Shown here: positions 46,401-56,792 of the stretch, piece by piece
Numbering within the stretch: the first letter of the stretch is position 1
How the letters are laid out: each line of letters opens with the position of its first letter
Virus record (IMG/VR): IMGVR_UViG_3300006752_000018
Location: 28,388 to 92,387 of that record
DNA: 64,000 nucleotides
Direction: 5' to 3' (one strand)
Origin: a virus
Notes under the pieces: model-generated
Databases searched by the model: none
Told to the model about the DNA's origin: nothing
The model's input: only the letters and a program-made list of their open reading frames with translations
Position numbers and translations under genes: made by a program

Positions 46401-47545
46401 TAATTGTCCGCCTTAGGTCTAAGTGCTTTACTCAGTGATTGTCTTTCTTCCACAACTTCGCCGTTTATAGTGCTTGTATTTGTATTGTTAATAAATGATG
46501 TTTTTTGTGTTTGACGCAAATTAGTATTAGATAGTGTCATACGCACACTGTCTTCCTGTCTAACCCATTTTGAACCGTTATACCTAAATAATTTATTTGG
46601 TAAAAAGTCATTACGCAAGAAATAATCTCCTGTAGCTGCATTTAGTGGAAAATTTATACCAAAACCAAATGTTTCACCATTTGGAGCAAGCCCGTCTCCG
46701 ATAAGATAGCCGTCATAATCGTCTTTTATACCTTCTTCAGTTATACGGTCAATTACAACGTCTGGTACTTCGTCTGGAAAACTTTGTTCAATAACATTTG
46801 TGCCATCTTCAGCTTCTTTTCTAGTATATAAATGACTTGTTTCATAACCACTTAATGGACTATCAACTTCAGCTTGTTGTACAACTGCTTCGTTAATTTG
46901 CATTTCCTTTTCAAATGTACTTAGAACATCTCTTAATGTATTGTCACTATCTTCACTTGCTGGTAGATCTAGTATTTCTTTAAATTCTTGACCGTCATAT
47001 ATTTGTTTTAATTTTAACCTATATAAATGCGGATACCAAGTTTGTGAAAAACCTTCAGCTGCTCTACTTACTTCATCGATGACATAAAATCTCTTCAATG
47101 CTACATCAAAGTCGTTAAGTGCATACTCGTCTTTTAAATGCGGTAATTCTATTACATCACCGGACATTAGTTTTCTACCAATAGACTTTACACTACTAGA
47201 AATATGCACAGTCATAAACAATGTATCATTTTGTAAAAATAGGCCAAACTGACTTAGGTCAAAGTCTATGTCTTGTACATTGTAAATTCCTCTAATACTA
47301 TACACATCAGGATCGTATTTTCTATCCCTATTTTCTAAGAACAGTAAGTCTTGTATGTTTGTCTCTTTAACAGCATCATATTGAGGTCTATCAGCTGTAC
47401 TTGCTTCCTCTGATGTGTTTTCTGGTCCTAAATACTTGTGTACATGAACATCAGTTCCACCAACGGTGAACATTTCTCCGATGGTGTTATCAAGGAAGTA
47501 AAAATCCTTGCCTTTTTCTGGTTTGTATAAACTTATTCTTGGCAT
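46400..47545 (-). CDS. gp14-like neck / head closure protein
   Basis: DLLFLENRDRKY, LSQFGLFL.ND, GDVIELPH; lies between gp13- and gp15-like genes. Confidence 0.65.
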   Translation of the reverse strand: MPRISLYKPEKGKDFYFLDNTIGEMFTVGGTDVHVHKYLGPENTSEEASTADRPQYDAVKETNIQDLLFLENRDRKYDPDVYSIRGIYNVQDIDFDLSQFGLFLQNDTLFMTVHISSSVKSIGRKLMSGDVIELPHLKDEYALNDFDVALKRFYVIDEVSRAAEGFSQTWYPHLYRLKLKQIYDGQEFKEILDLPASEDSDNTLRDVLSTFEKEMQINEAVVQQAEVDSPLSGYETSHLYTRKEAEDGTNVIEQSFPDEVPDVVIDRITEEGIKDDYDGYLIGDGLAPNGETFGFGINFPLNAATGDYFLRNDFLPNKLFRYNGSKWVRQEDSVRMTLSNTNLRQTQKTSFINNTNTSTINGEVVEERQSLSKALRPKADN

Positions 47546-47550
47546 ATGTA

Positions 47551-47570
47551 TATTTAGCGTAAGATAAATA
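47551..47570. promoter_or_regulatory. Back-to-back divergent late promoters
   Basis: GCTAAATA on minus (47551-47558) and GATAAATA on plus (47563-47570). Confidence 0.7.
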
Positions 47571-47587
47571 CAATGTGGAGAATAAAT

Positions 47588-48346
47588 ATGGCCTCAATTA
47601 CAACTAAGAAAAAAGAAATATACGATTATGTTTACGCTATGTTAGGTGGCGGCATGGTTGATGTAGAACTTGATCCAGTACATTACGAAACTGCACTTAA
47701 AACTGCGTTAACACGGTTTAGGCAGCGTAGTGATCATTCTGTTGAAGAGTCATATATGTTCTTGCCAACAGTCAAAGATCAAAACGAGTATATTTTACCT
47801 CAGGAAGTAGTAGAAGTGCGCCAAATTTTTAGACGTTCAATTGGTTCACGTACAGGCGGTGGTGATGGCGGCACATTGTTTGAACCATTTAATATGGCAT
47901 ATACAAATACCTACTTGTTAGCAAGTTCTAATATGGGCGGTCTAGCAACATATGATATGTTTAGCCAATATCAAGAACTAGTAGGACGCATGTTTGGTTC
48001 GTTTATAGAATTTAAATGGAATTCACAATCTAAAAAACTTACAATTTTACAACGTCCTAGAGCACAAGAAAATCTAATGTTATATGTCTATAATTATAGA
48101 GGCGATGAGCAACTTATAGACGATTATATGGCAATACAATGGATTAAAAGTTACACGCTTGCTACATGCAAATATATGCTAGGTGAAGCACGTAGTAAAT
48201 TTGCTACTATTGCTGGCCCACAAGGCGGATCAACACTTAACGGCGATTCACTAAAAGCAGAAGCTCAAGGCGAATTAGATAAATTAGAACAAGAAGTAGC
48301 ACTAGCAGTAGCAGGTGGCACAGGTTATTCTTTTACAATAGGTTAA
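47588..48346 (+). CDS. gp13-like neck protein (head-tail adaptor)
   Basis: LGGGMVDVEL, WIKSYTLA.CK.MLGEARSKF..I.GP.GG..LNG; start after GGAG SD. Confidence 0.8.
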   Translation: MASITTKKKEIYDYVYAMLGGGMVDVELDPVHYETALKTALTRFRQRSDHSVEESYMFLPTVKDQNEYILPQEVVEVRQIFRRSIGSRTGGGDGGTLFEPFNMAYTNTYLLASSNMGGLATYDMFSQYQELVGRMFGSFIEFKWNSQSKKLTILQRPRAQENLMLYVYNYRGDEQLIDDYMAIQWIKSYTLATCKYMLGEARSKFATIAGPQGGSTLNGDSLKAEAQGELDKLEQEVALAVAGGTGYSFTIG

Positions 48347-48615
48347 AGATCGTTGTCGTGTATATGCAACTGAATAAGTGCATAGTGCAAGACTTTCATT
48401 AGGTCTTTTCTTGCATCATCCTTAGAACCTTTTTTACCATATCGATTAGAGTACTTGTCAACATTGCCCATACAGAATCCAGTACCGTGGCCTCTTTCAA
48501 TAATTACTTCAGTTGACTGAAATTTATTAGTAGCATAATGTCCTTGATATGTACTATCAATATATGCTTGAAATTCGTCAATATAGTTTTTTTCGTTAAA
48601 TTTGTAATCTATCAT
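48343..48615 (-). CDS. DUF3310/SaV-like small protein
   Basis: HY.....Q...I..GHG.GFCMGNV.KY..RYGKKG...KDL.K..HY. Confidence 0.65.
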   Translation of the reverse strand: MIDYKFNEKNYIDEFQAYIDSTYQGHYATNKFQSTEVIIERGHGTGFCMGNVDKYSNRYGKKGSKDDARKDLMKVLHYALIQLHIHDNDL

Positions 48616-48637
48616 AGTGGCTCCTGTAATTGTTAAT

Positions 48638-48665
48638 ATTATAACAAAACTACAAAAAAAGTCAA
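48638..48665 (-). promoter_or_regulatory. Sigma70-type promoter
   Basis: Minus strand TTGACT-16 nt-TATAAT with TG extension; AGGAG SD before ATG at 48615. Confidence 0.65.
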
Positions 48666-48666
48666 C

Positions 48667-49005
48667 CTAAAAATCTGCTATTAGGTCACCTTGTTTCCAT
48701 TTAATTCCTTGTTTTTGTAAAACACGTTGACAGTTAGCACAAATTGTTTTTAGATTGTTATACTTACAATTATCTAAATTGCCATCTATATGATAGACAT
48801 TAAATTGTTCTGGATTTTGACTACGGAACCCACATTTCTCGCATGTATCCTTTTTTGTATAACCACGCATCTTCCATTTAGGTATGCCATGACCAGTTCC
48901 TCCGTGCTTATTACAAATTTCACACTTTTTCCTGTAATAAGTTTTTTTATCTTTTTTATAATTTACAGCAGCAGGCCGTAATCCGCATATACAAAGTGGT
49001 CTCAT
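48667..49005 (-). CDS. Zn-ribbon/HNH-like protein
   Basis: CxC, CxxC, CEKCG, VYHIDGNLDNCKYNNLKTICANC. Confidence 0.7.
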   Translation of the reverse strand: MRPLCICGLRPAAVNYKKDKKTYYRKKCEICNKHGGTGHGIPKWKMRGYTKKDTCEKCGFRSQNPEQFNVYHIDGNLDNCKYNNLKTICANCQRVLQKQGIKWKQGDLIADF

Positions 49006-49069
49006 ACAGTATTTACACCTTTTGCTCCCCTTTTTATAGCGTATTAGAGGTATATTTTAACAGCACTTG

Positions 49070-49077
49070 GCTAAATA
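49070..49077 (+). promoter_or_regulatory. Late promoter GCTAAATA (sheath)
   Basis: Intergenic, upstream of the sheath SD. Confidence 0.65.
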
Positions 49078-49112
49078 CATTTAGCAAAGTTTACTTTCAA
49101 GGAGATAACGCA

Positions 49113-52100
49113 ATGGCATTAACATCACCAGGTGTAGAGGTTAAGGTAATAGACGAATCGTTCTATACACCAGCAGAACCGGGCACCGTACCAATGATTT
49201 TCGTGGCATCCAAGCAAAATAAAACCAATGCAGGTGGCACTGGTGTTGCGCAAGGTACTTTAAAAGCAAATTCTGGAAAGGCTTATTTAATTACAAGCCA
49301 GAGAGATCTTGCAGATACCTTTGGAGATCCACTATTTTATACCGATACAGGTAATAATCCAATTCACGGCGGCGAGCTAAATGAATACGGATTACAGGCA
49401 GCATACTCATTCTTAGGTGTTGCAAACAGAGCATGGGTTGTCCGTGCAGATATAGATTTAGGCGAATTAGAAGCAAGTGCAAATGCTCCGGGCGCAGCTC
49501 CGGCAGATGGCACATGGTGGTTTGACACTACAAATACTAAGTTTGGTATTTTTGAGTGGAATGGCGCACCTAAAGCAACAACAGGCGGCCAGTCATTCAA
49601 CGTAAAGACACCAATTGTTATTACTGAAGTTTCAAAAGTTACTGGTTCAGCAAGCGCACCAGGCGCTCCAAAAGGATCAGTTGGTGGCGTAGGTGATTAT
49701 GCTATTGTTGCAGTAAGCACACTGAACAAACTATGGTACAGAAATTCAAGCGGTACATGGGTTGAAGTGGGAACAGATGATTGGCAGAATAGTCATGCTG
49801 CGGTTACTGCAACAGCATCAGCACATACAAGCGGTGATACATTTACAATTAATACTGTACCTGTTACAACAACAGGAACAACTCCTTCGAGTCTAGCAAG
49901 TGATATCAACGGTTTATCAATTGCTGGTATTAGTGCTGCATCAGTTAACGGCGTATTAGAAATTTATTCTACTGGTACTGCTGTAACAATTGCAGATACT
50001 TCAGGTACATCAGCTGCTACACTAGGACTTGTAGGCTCACACGCTGCACCAGCAGTAAGTGTTGCTCCGCATACAAGTGTTCCAGAATGGAAAACAGGTG
50101 ATACAACACCACGTCCGACAGGATCGATTTGGGTCAAAACAACTGAACCAAACAGTGGTGCAAAATGGGCAGTTAAAAAGTATAATGCAACCACACAATT
50201 ATGGGCAGATTCAGCTGCACCATTGTATGCTGATAACCACACAGCATTATTCAACATGGATAAAGCAGGCGGTGGCGCTAACCTAGCAGCAGGTACAACA
50301 TATGTACAATACAATGTAGGCGAAATTGCACAAACCGAAGCAAACTTTAAAATCATGACAAGAGTTGCAGCGGGTGCAACAACAATAACAGGTAATGTTA
50401 TTGCTGCAAGTATTCCAGCATCTATAGGACGCTTTGAAATACAGGAAAGTGTTAAAGGCCAAGCTGGATTAACAGCATGGAATGAAGTTACTTTTAGTGT
50501 TCCTTTTGCAAATGACGCAACAGATGCAGAAACACTTGCATCAGGCATCAACGGTGCTGGACTAGCTAATGTTACTGCAAGCGTTGATTCTCAAAACAGA
50601 GTTGTAATTACTCACGCATTAGGTGGTGAGATTCGCTTTAGAGATCATGATAATATCTTACAGTCAGCTGGTTTTGTACCAGGTACAACTGATAATTTGT
50701 ATGATAACTTTGATGATGGATCAACTGTATACTTTATTGCTTCAAACTGGAAAGTACTTACATATACTGCTTCTGCAACAGCGCCAAAGGCACTTACAGC
50801 AGACGGTACATTATGGTACAACTCAATTGTAGATGAAGTAGACATGATGGTACACGACGGTACTACATGGAAAGGTTATCACAATGTGTATGCAAACACT
50901 AACGCAACAGGGCCAATTGTTGCAGCAAGTGAACCATTAACACAAAATGATGCTGGTAATAGTCCATTAGTTGACAACGATATTTGGATTAGTACAGCTG
51001 ATTTAGAAAACTATCCAAAAGTTTACAGATGGGTAACCGATCAGTGGGTAGCACTAGACGCAGCAGATCAAACTACTGAAAATGGTGTGCTATTTGCAGA
51101 TGCTCGTTGGTCAACAGCAGGTTCAAACAGTGTAGCAGGCGCAATGGATGCAATGCTAACAAGCGATTACTTAGATCCAGATGCACCAGATCCTGCACTA
51201 TATCCAAAAGGCATGGTTATGTGGAACACACGTAGAAGTGGCTTTAACGTTAAGAAGTTTGTACGTAATGCAATTGATACAACTGAAACAAATCCACGCA
51301 TGGGCGATGCTGTAATGACTAGTTATTACGAGCACCGTTGGGTAACTGAGTCAGGCAACCAAGCTGATGGTTCTGGTAGCTTTGGACGCCATGCACAGCG
51401 CAAAGTTGTTGTACAGGCACTGCAAGCAATGGTAAACGGAAATGATGAAATTAGAGATGACGAATCAAGACTGTTTAACTTAATGGCAACACCGGGTTAT
51501 CCAGAGCTAATTGGTGAAATGATTGGTCTAAACTTTGACAGAGGCTTAACAGCATTTGTACTAGGTGATAGCCCAATGCGTTTAACACCTGATGCTACTT
51601 CATTAAACAACTGGGCAACAAACGTTGCAGCAGCAGTTGAAGATAATGACGATGGACTAGTAAGCAGTGATGAGTACATGGCTGTGTTCTATCCAAGCGG
51701 ATTTAGCAGTGACAACTTCGGCAACAATGTTGTTGTACCAGCATCGCACATGATGCTTCGTACATTTGCACTAAGTGACCAAGTTGCTTAACCATGGTTT
51801 GCACCAGCAGGTACAAGACGTGGTGGCATTTCAAATGCAACATCAACCGGTTACATTAGTAGCGAAGGTGAATTTGTTGCAGTAGCACTTAACGAAGGTC
51901 AAAGAGACACACTATACAGTAATAAAGTTAACCCAGTTACATTTATTACAGGTGCAGGACTTGTTAACTTTGGTCAGAAGACTCGTGCAGCAAATGCAAG
52001 TGCATTAGATAGAATAAACGTTGCAAGACTTGTAATTTATCTAAGAGGACAGCTTAACAAGCTGGCAAAACCTTATATCTTTGAACCAAACGATAAGATC

Positions 52101-52325
52101 ACACGTGATGAGATTAAGCAGGCAGCTGAGAGCTTAATGTTAGAGCTTACAGGACTAAGAGCACTTAACGATTATCTAGTTGTATGTGATGAAACAAACA
52201 ACACACCGGCAAGAATTGATCGTAATGAGCTATACTTAGACATTGCAATTGAACCAGTCAAGGCAGTTGAATTTATTTACATTCCACTACGCTTGAAAAA
52301 TACAGGAGAGATCGCAGGTCTTTAA
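49113..52325 (+). CDS. Tail sheath protein (gp18-like), interrupted by one in-frame TAA at 51789-51791
   Basis: MALTSPGVEVKVIDES start with GGAG SD; after the TAA the same frame continues 177 codons with PWFAPAG, NPVTF, GQKT, LDRINVARL, FEPND, VCDETNN, EFIYI sheath motifs. Confidence 0.9.
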
Positions 52326-52334
52326 AATCATTAA

Positions 52335-52361
52335 GTAGGGGGTTAATTAATAATCCCCTAC
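52335..52361 (+). other. Intergenic stem-loop without U-tract
   Basis: gtagggggtta-attaa-taatcccctac. Confidence 0.6.
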
Positions 52362-52365
52362 AAAT

Positions 52366-52373
52366 GATAAATA
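52366..52373 (+). promoter_or_regulatory. Late promoter GATAAATA (tube)
   Basis: Intergenic, upstream of the AGGAG SD. Confidence 0.7.
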
Positions 52374-52393
52374 CTTGTGTACAGGAGTAAAAT

Positions 52394-53023
52394 ATGGCAA
52401 TTTCAACACTATCAAAAATTACAGTGCCACTGGACGGCGGAACAGGCAATCAAACGCAAGGTTTGTTGATGCCAAAACTTCAGTACCGCTTTAGAGTGTC
52501 ACTTACAAATTTTGGACTAGGATCAGCAACTACTGAATTAACAAAGCAGGTAATTGATGTTACTCGTCCAACTGTAAACTTTGAAGAAATTGAACTACCT
52601 GTTTACAATTCACGTGTGTACCTAGCAGGTAAGCCTGCATGGGAAGCAATTACGCTTAACTTACGCGAAGATGTAAACAACAACGTTCAAAAACTTGTAG
52701 GTGAACAGATTCAGAAGCAATTTGATTTCTTTGAACAATCAAGCGCACCATCAGGCATTGATTATAAGTTTACAACAAAAATTGAGATCTTAGACGGTGG
52801 TAACGGTAACACTGCTGTTAACGTTTTAGATACCTTTGAACTATATGGTTGTTTTGTACAAAATGCTAACTACAATACATTAGCATATTCAACAAACGAT
52901 CCAGTACAGATTTCACTAGCTATACGCTATGATAATGCAGTACAAACAGTAGGCGGCGGCATATCAGCTGAAAGTATTCCATCAGGTGGCGGAACACTAT
53001 CTACAGGTTCAGGTACAGTTTAA
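52394..53023 (+). CDS. Tail tube protein (gp19-like)
   Basis: PKLQYRFRV, RP...FEEI.L..YN...LAGK..W..I.L, YDNA; follows the sheath gene. Confidence 0.85.
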   Translation: MAISTLSKITVPLDGGTGNQTQGLLMPKLQYRFRVSLTNFGLGSATTELTKQVIDVTRPTVNFEEIELPVYNSRVYLAGKPAWEAITLNLREDVNNNVQKLVGEQIQKQFDFFEQSSAPSGIDYKFTTKIEILDGGNGNTAVNVLDTFELYGCFVQNANYNTLAYSTNDPVQISLAIRYDNAVQTVGGGISAESIPSGGGTLSTGSGTV

Positions 53024-53045
53024 TAAACTAACACAACTAATAATT

Positions 53046-53070
53046 AAAGGAGCCTTTGGGCTCCTTTTTT
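53046..53070 (+). terminator. Rho-independent terminator
   Basis: aaaggagcc-tttg-ggctccttt followed by a T run. Confidence 0.85.
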
Positions 53071-53107
53071 ATTATGTGCCCACTTAATAATTAAGATAAA
53101 TATTAGT

Positions 53108-54346
53108 ATGGCAAACAAAGCAACAAAATATGGATCAACTAATAATCAAAGCGAAGTTACACTTGCTGACTATTGGCACAGCAGTCATACATTTGTAGAC
53201 AACTTTTATAGACTTGCTCCTAAACATAAGTTTCTCTACCATGTTAGTTTTACTATTAACAGTCAGGTTGCAGGTGGATTTGTAGAAAAGCACGGTAATG
53301 AAATAAGTTTACTTGCTAAGTATGCAGACTTACCAAAGTTTGATATTGAAACAGAAACAAAACAGCAGTATAACAGAAAAAAAGTTGTACACACTAGATT
53401 AGATTATTCACCTGTAATTATAAGATTTCATGACGACAATGAAGGTATAACTACAAGACTTTGGCAAGCATATTATGACTACTATTTTGCTGATTCACAA
53501 AGTTTATATCCAACTAATAATGTTTATCAACCATTAGGTCCTAAAAAGTATGGATTAGATAACGGTAGTGATGAACCATTTTTTACTAGAATTAGTATTA
53601 GTGAAATGGCAAGACATACACATCATACTACACATTTAATATTGCCTAAAATTACTGGGTGGCAACATGATAGCGTAGATGCAAGTGCATCAAGTGAGGT
53701 GTTAGAAAGCACAATGCAACTACAGTACGAAACTGTAAAATATGAAACAGGTGATATTGTTGAAGGCAATGCTCCGAAAGGATTTGCAACGCCGGAGCAT
53801 TATGATCAAGAAAAGAGTTTTATTGGAAACAATAGCGACACTCTTAACGAAGGTCCGGGTTCAATGGTTAACAATTTATCAAAGAAATTTGGCGATAATA
53901 TGTATACACAGCATAACCCAAATTATTCAAAACCATTACAAGAAACCTTAGATGCATATACTAATACAAGAGACTTATCACTTGAAGGACATCGGCCTAA
54001 CGGATTATCTGTTTTGTTTAGTCAGCAAAATAACAAAGATAACATAGGTATTAATGGAGTATTTTTTGCAGGGCCACAAAATACAATAGAAACAACAAGT
54101 GCAGTACAATCAAAAACAGATATTAGAACACATGATAATAATTACATTATAGGTCAACTAAATCAAAATACAACTCTACGTAATAGCATAGTAGAAAAGT
54201 ATTACAGCATTACAACTAGTAAAACTAACTATAGATCTCTTACTGCAACTGCAAAAGAGTATTACTTAAATGAAATGTATAATGAAATACGTGCAGATAA
54301 TCCAAAAATCTTAAAATTAGCAAGTACAGCGTTAAATACTGCATAG
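53108..54346 (+). CDS. Tube-like baseplate protein (gp48/gp54-type)
   Basis: LPKFDIETE.KQQYNRK....LDYSPV.I.FHDD...W..YY tube-fold motif; follows the tube gene. Confidence 0.55.
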   Translation: MANKATKYGSTNNQSEVTLADYWHSSHTFVDNFYRLAPKHKFLYHVSFTINSQVAGGFVEKHGNEISLLAKYADLPKFDIETETKQQYNRKKVVHTRLDYSPVIIRFHDDNEGITTRLWQAYYDYYFADSQSLYPTNNVYQPLGPKKYGLDNGSDEPFFTRISISEMARHTHHTTHLILPKITGWQHDSVDASASSEVLESTMQLQYETVKYETGDIVEGNAPKGFATPEHYDQEKSFIGNNSDTLNEGPGSMVNNLSKKFGDNMYTQHNPNYSKPLQETLDAYTNTRDLSLEGHRPNGLSVLFSQQNNKDNIGINGVFFAGPQNTIETTSAVQSKTDIRTHDNNYIIGQLNQNTTLRNSIVEKYYSITTSKTNYRSLTATAKEYYLNEMYNEIRADNPKILKLASTALNTA

Positions 54347-54354
54347 GAGAGAAT

Positions 54355-54684
54355 ATGGAAGATCAAAAGAAATATTTTGACAATTACTTTGTAAAACAAT
54401 TATCTTTTCCAAGTAATCAAGTTGATGCTACTATTGCTTTTTTTGAAAAGCGTGGATTTTCAAAAGAATCAGCAGCAAGTATTAGTGCAGTTCTACTAAA
54501 ACAAGCAAAAATCGACAACATTAAAGTATTCGAATTATTAGATACATTAGGTTCAGTAGATTCGCCACTACTAAGTAAGGTAGTGTTAGAAACTATAAAT
54601 GCAAACGGTCAGCGCACTAGTGAACTTGGCGTTAAAACAACAGAAAAAATTAACACTACAGAGTCTAGAAATATCATAGTTTAA
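54355..54684 (+). CDS. Hypothetical protein
   Basis: 109 aa ORF with GGAG SD, coupled to gp4 via TAATG. Confidence 0.6.
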   Translation: MEDQKKYFDNYFVKQLSFPSNQVDATIAFFEKRGFSKESAASISAVLLKQAKIDNIKVFELLDTLGSVDSPLLSKVVLETINANGQRTSELGVKTTEKINTTESRNIIV

Positions 54685-55121
54685 TGGGACGGTTTGCGCA
54701 AGGAAAATTTAACCTCAAAAACCCTGCCAAGTATATAGGTGGTAGAACTCCGACTTATAGATCAAGTTGGGAGTTTGCGTTTATGCGTTTTTGTGACGAA
54801 CATCCTAGCGTAAGTCAATGGGCAAGCGAAGCAATAAAAATACCTTACAGAAATCCGCTTACTGGAAAACATACAATATATGTACCTGATTTCTTTATTG
54901 TATATGCAGATAAGCGTGGGCAGCAAAAGGTCGAACTTATCGAAGTAAAACCTGCTAATCAGGCTATTAAAGAAAAAACAGGTCGTAGCAGAGCAAATCA
55001 AGCAAGTTATATTTTAAACCAAGCTAAATGGGAAGCAGCAAGAGCATATTGTAAACAAAAAGGTATGTTGTTTAGGGTAGTAACTGAAGCTGATATTTTT
55101 CACCAAGGTAAACGTAGATGA
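54684..55121 (+). CDS. Head completion protein (gp4-like, TnsA-type nuclease fold)
   Basis: GKF..KNP.KY.G...YRSSWE..FM..CD.....W.SE...IPY, Y.PDF, IEVKP, N.AKW.AA. Confidence 0.88.
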   Translation: MGRFAQGKFNLKNPAKYIGGRTPTYRSSWEFAFMRFCDEHPSVSQWASEAIKIPYRNPLTGKHTIYVPDFFIVYADKRGQQKVELIEVKPANQAIKEKTGRSRANQASYILNQAKWEAARAYCKQKGMLFRVVTEADIFHQGKRR

Positions 55122-55684
55122 ACATAGCATTTATACACATTCCTAAAACAGGTGGCGGCAGCGTAATTGAGTGGTTTAATAGAAATAATTTAAATAGTCA
55201 ATTAATTTTTTATGGTCATAAAGATTTAACTCAAATAAAAAGTTTAACATCTCAAAATATAGATATTAGTTTTTGCGTAGTAAGAAATACTTACGAACGT
55301 TTAGTTAGTGCTTACGAGTTTACATATCAAAAAGTAAAAAAGAAAATTTTAAAAAATCAAAATGTTGAAGTTAATCAAAAAATATTAAACACGTATAATA
55401 GCGGTATTATATCTTTTGTAGAATACATGCACTCTATTAATCATACTACTACAAAAAATCAATTAGAATTTAGTCAAGGTGTAGACTTTATATTGCATAA
55501 TGATAAATTATCTAACTATAATAAGTTAAATGAATTATTTAAAATTGATAATACAATTGAAAAAGAACGTAGAGTAAAAACTTACGAAGATAAAAAGTAT
55601 TATACAAAGAAGTTTATAGACACTGTAAATACTTTATATCAAGACGAAATTAATTATTTTAACTTCACCCCAAAATATAACTAA
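55118..55684 (+). CDS. Sulfotransferase family protein
   Basis: FIHIPKTGGGSV (PAPS-binding), VRN.YERLVSAY, C-terminal Y..EI..FNF. Confidence 0.8.
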   Translation: MNIAFIHIPKTGGGSVIEWFNRNNLNSQLIFYGHKDLTQIKSLTSQNIDISFCVVRNTYERLVSAYEFTYQKVKKKILKNQNVEVNQKILNTYNSGIISFVEYMHSINHTTTKNQLEFSQGVDFILHNDKLSNYNKLNELFKIDNTIEKERRVKTYEDKKYYTKKFIDTVNTLYQDEINYFNFTPKYN

Positions 55685-55711
55685 ATAATACTAGCATATA
55701 ATGGAAGTCCA

Positions 55712-56209
55712 ATGACAAAGAAATTAGAAGAACTTTTAAACTTACCTGACTCTAAAGAAATTATCGAAGAGTCTAAAAACGAAGACAAAGCATCTAGAGC
55801 AGTAGTAGATCAAGAAGACACGCTGCGTGATATTTCTGAGTTTGATAAAATTGCAAGTGCTTTACCTAGTGTTAAAGGTTTAGGAAATGCAGCTGATAAA
55901 GAGCTAAATGAAGTTGCTGATAAAGCAATGCAAGCATACGACGATTTAATGGATCTTGGTATGAATGTAGAATCACGGTATAGCGGTAGAGTATTCGAAG
56001 TCGCTGGCACAATGCTTAAAACAAGCCTTGATGCTAAAACTGCAAAATTAGACAAAAAATTAAAGATGATTGAATTGCAACTTAAAAAAGAAAAACTTGA
56101 TAGAGATACAGGACCCGGAGACGGCGATATTGTAAATGGAGAAGGCTATGTTGTTACAGATAGAAACAGTCTCTTAGAACGTATCAAAGGCATAGATAAA
56201 GATAAATAA
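55712..56209 (+). CDS. Probable terminase small subunit (gp16-like)
   Basis: Helical; GRVFEVAGTMLKT resembles the R.yEVag.l.K motif of T4-like small terminases; near terL. Confidence 0.55.
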   Translation: MTKKLEELLNLPDSKEIIEESKNEDKASRAVVDQEDTLRDISEFDKIASALPSVKGLGNAADKELNEVADKAMQAYDDLMDLGMNVESRYSGRVFEVAGTMLKTSLDAKTAKLDKKLKMIELQLKKEKLDRDTGPGDGDIVNGEGYVVTDRNSLLERIKGIDKDK

Positions 56210-56232
56210 CATATAGCATTAGGAATTGAACA

Positions 56233-56790
56233 ATGAAATCGTTTACTGAATTTTTAACAGAATCTAAAAAAACCTATCCATTTAAGATAGGAGTAGCAGG
56301 TGACTTACCTGAAAATTTTGTAGATATGTTAGAAACATGTTTAGAAAAATATAATTTATCAAACTTGTCTACAGGTAAAAAGACACCTATACAAGAACGC
56401 CCGTTAGATTTCCCACAACTAGAAAATATGGAAGTTACATATTTTGAAGCGGAAGTAAACTATCCAACTACATCTCAAGTTATGCAGGAATATATCGGCA
56501 AGTGTTGTGGTTGTCCTCAAACGCATATTATTGTACGTAATCCTAATGATATGGCTGAAGAATATCAGGAAAAGAAAGAAGATACACCATACGAAGCAAT
56601 GCTAGGTAAGGATGACATGGGCGGAGAAAGCGCACAAGAATCAGTTGGCAGCAATCGTGTAATGGATCTATTAAAAGAATTAGAAACTGCTCGCAAAGAC
56701 AACGAACATAGTCCAATAGACGGCGTAGCAGCAGGTGAATCAGCAGATATCACTGAAACAGAAAACACTAAAAGTGTTGTAGGGAGCTAA
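56233..56790 (+). CDS. Putative internal head protein with capsid-targeting-like N-terminus
   Basis: MKSFTEFLTE resembles the T4 internal-protein CTS (MKTYQEFIAE); acidic. Confidence 0.5.
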   Translation: MKSFTEFLTESKKTYPFKIGVAGDLPENFVDMLETCLEKYNLSNLSTGKKTPIQERPLDFPQLENMEVTYFEAEVNYPTTSQVMQEYIGKCCGCPQTHIIVRNPNDMAEEYQEKKEDTPYEAMLGKDDMGGESAQESVGSNRVMDLLKELETARKDNEHSPIDGVAAGESADITETENTKSVVGS

Positions 56791-56792
56791 CT

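Noticed and set aside
48996-49112. Upstream extensions given by the ORF track (48996, 6714, 22060, 47573, 57485)
   Set aside because: Downstream ATGs (49113, 6729, 22069, 47588, 57500) fit SD or promoter positions and conserved N-termini better.
52137-52325. 62-aa ORF as an independent gene
   Set aside because: It is the same-frame C-terminus of the tail sheath, downstream of the internal TAA.
54684-55121. TnsA-like transposase / Tn7 element
   Set aside because: Motifs and context match T4 gp4 head completion protein, and there are no other tns genes or element ends.
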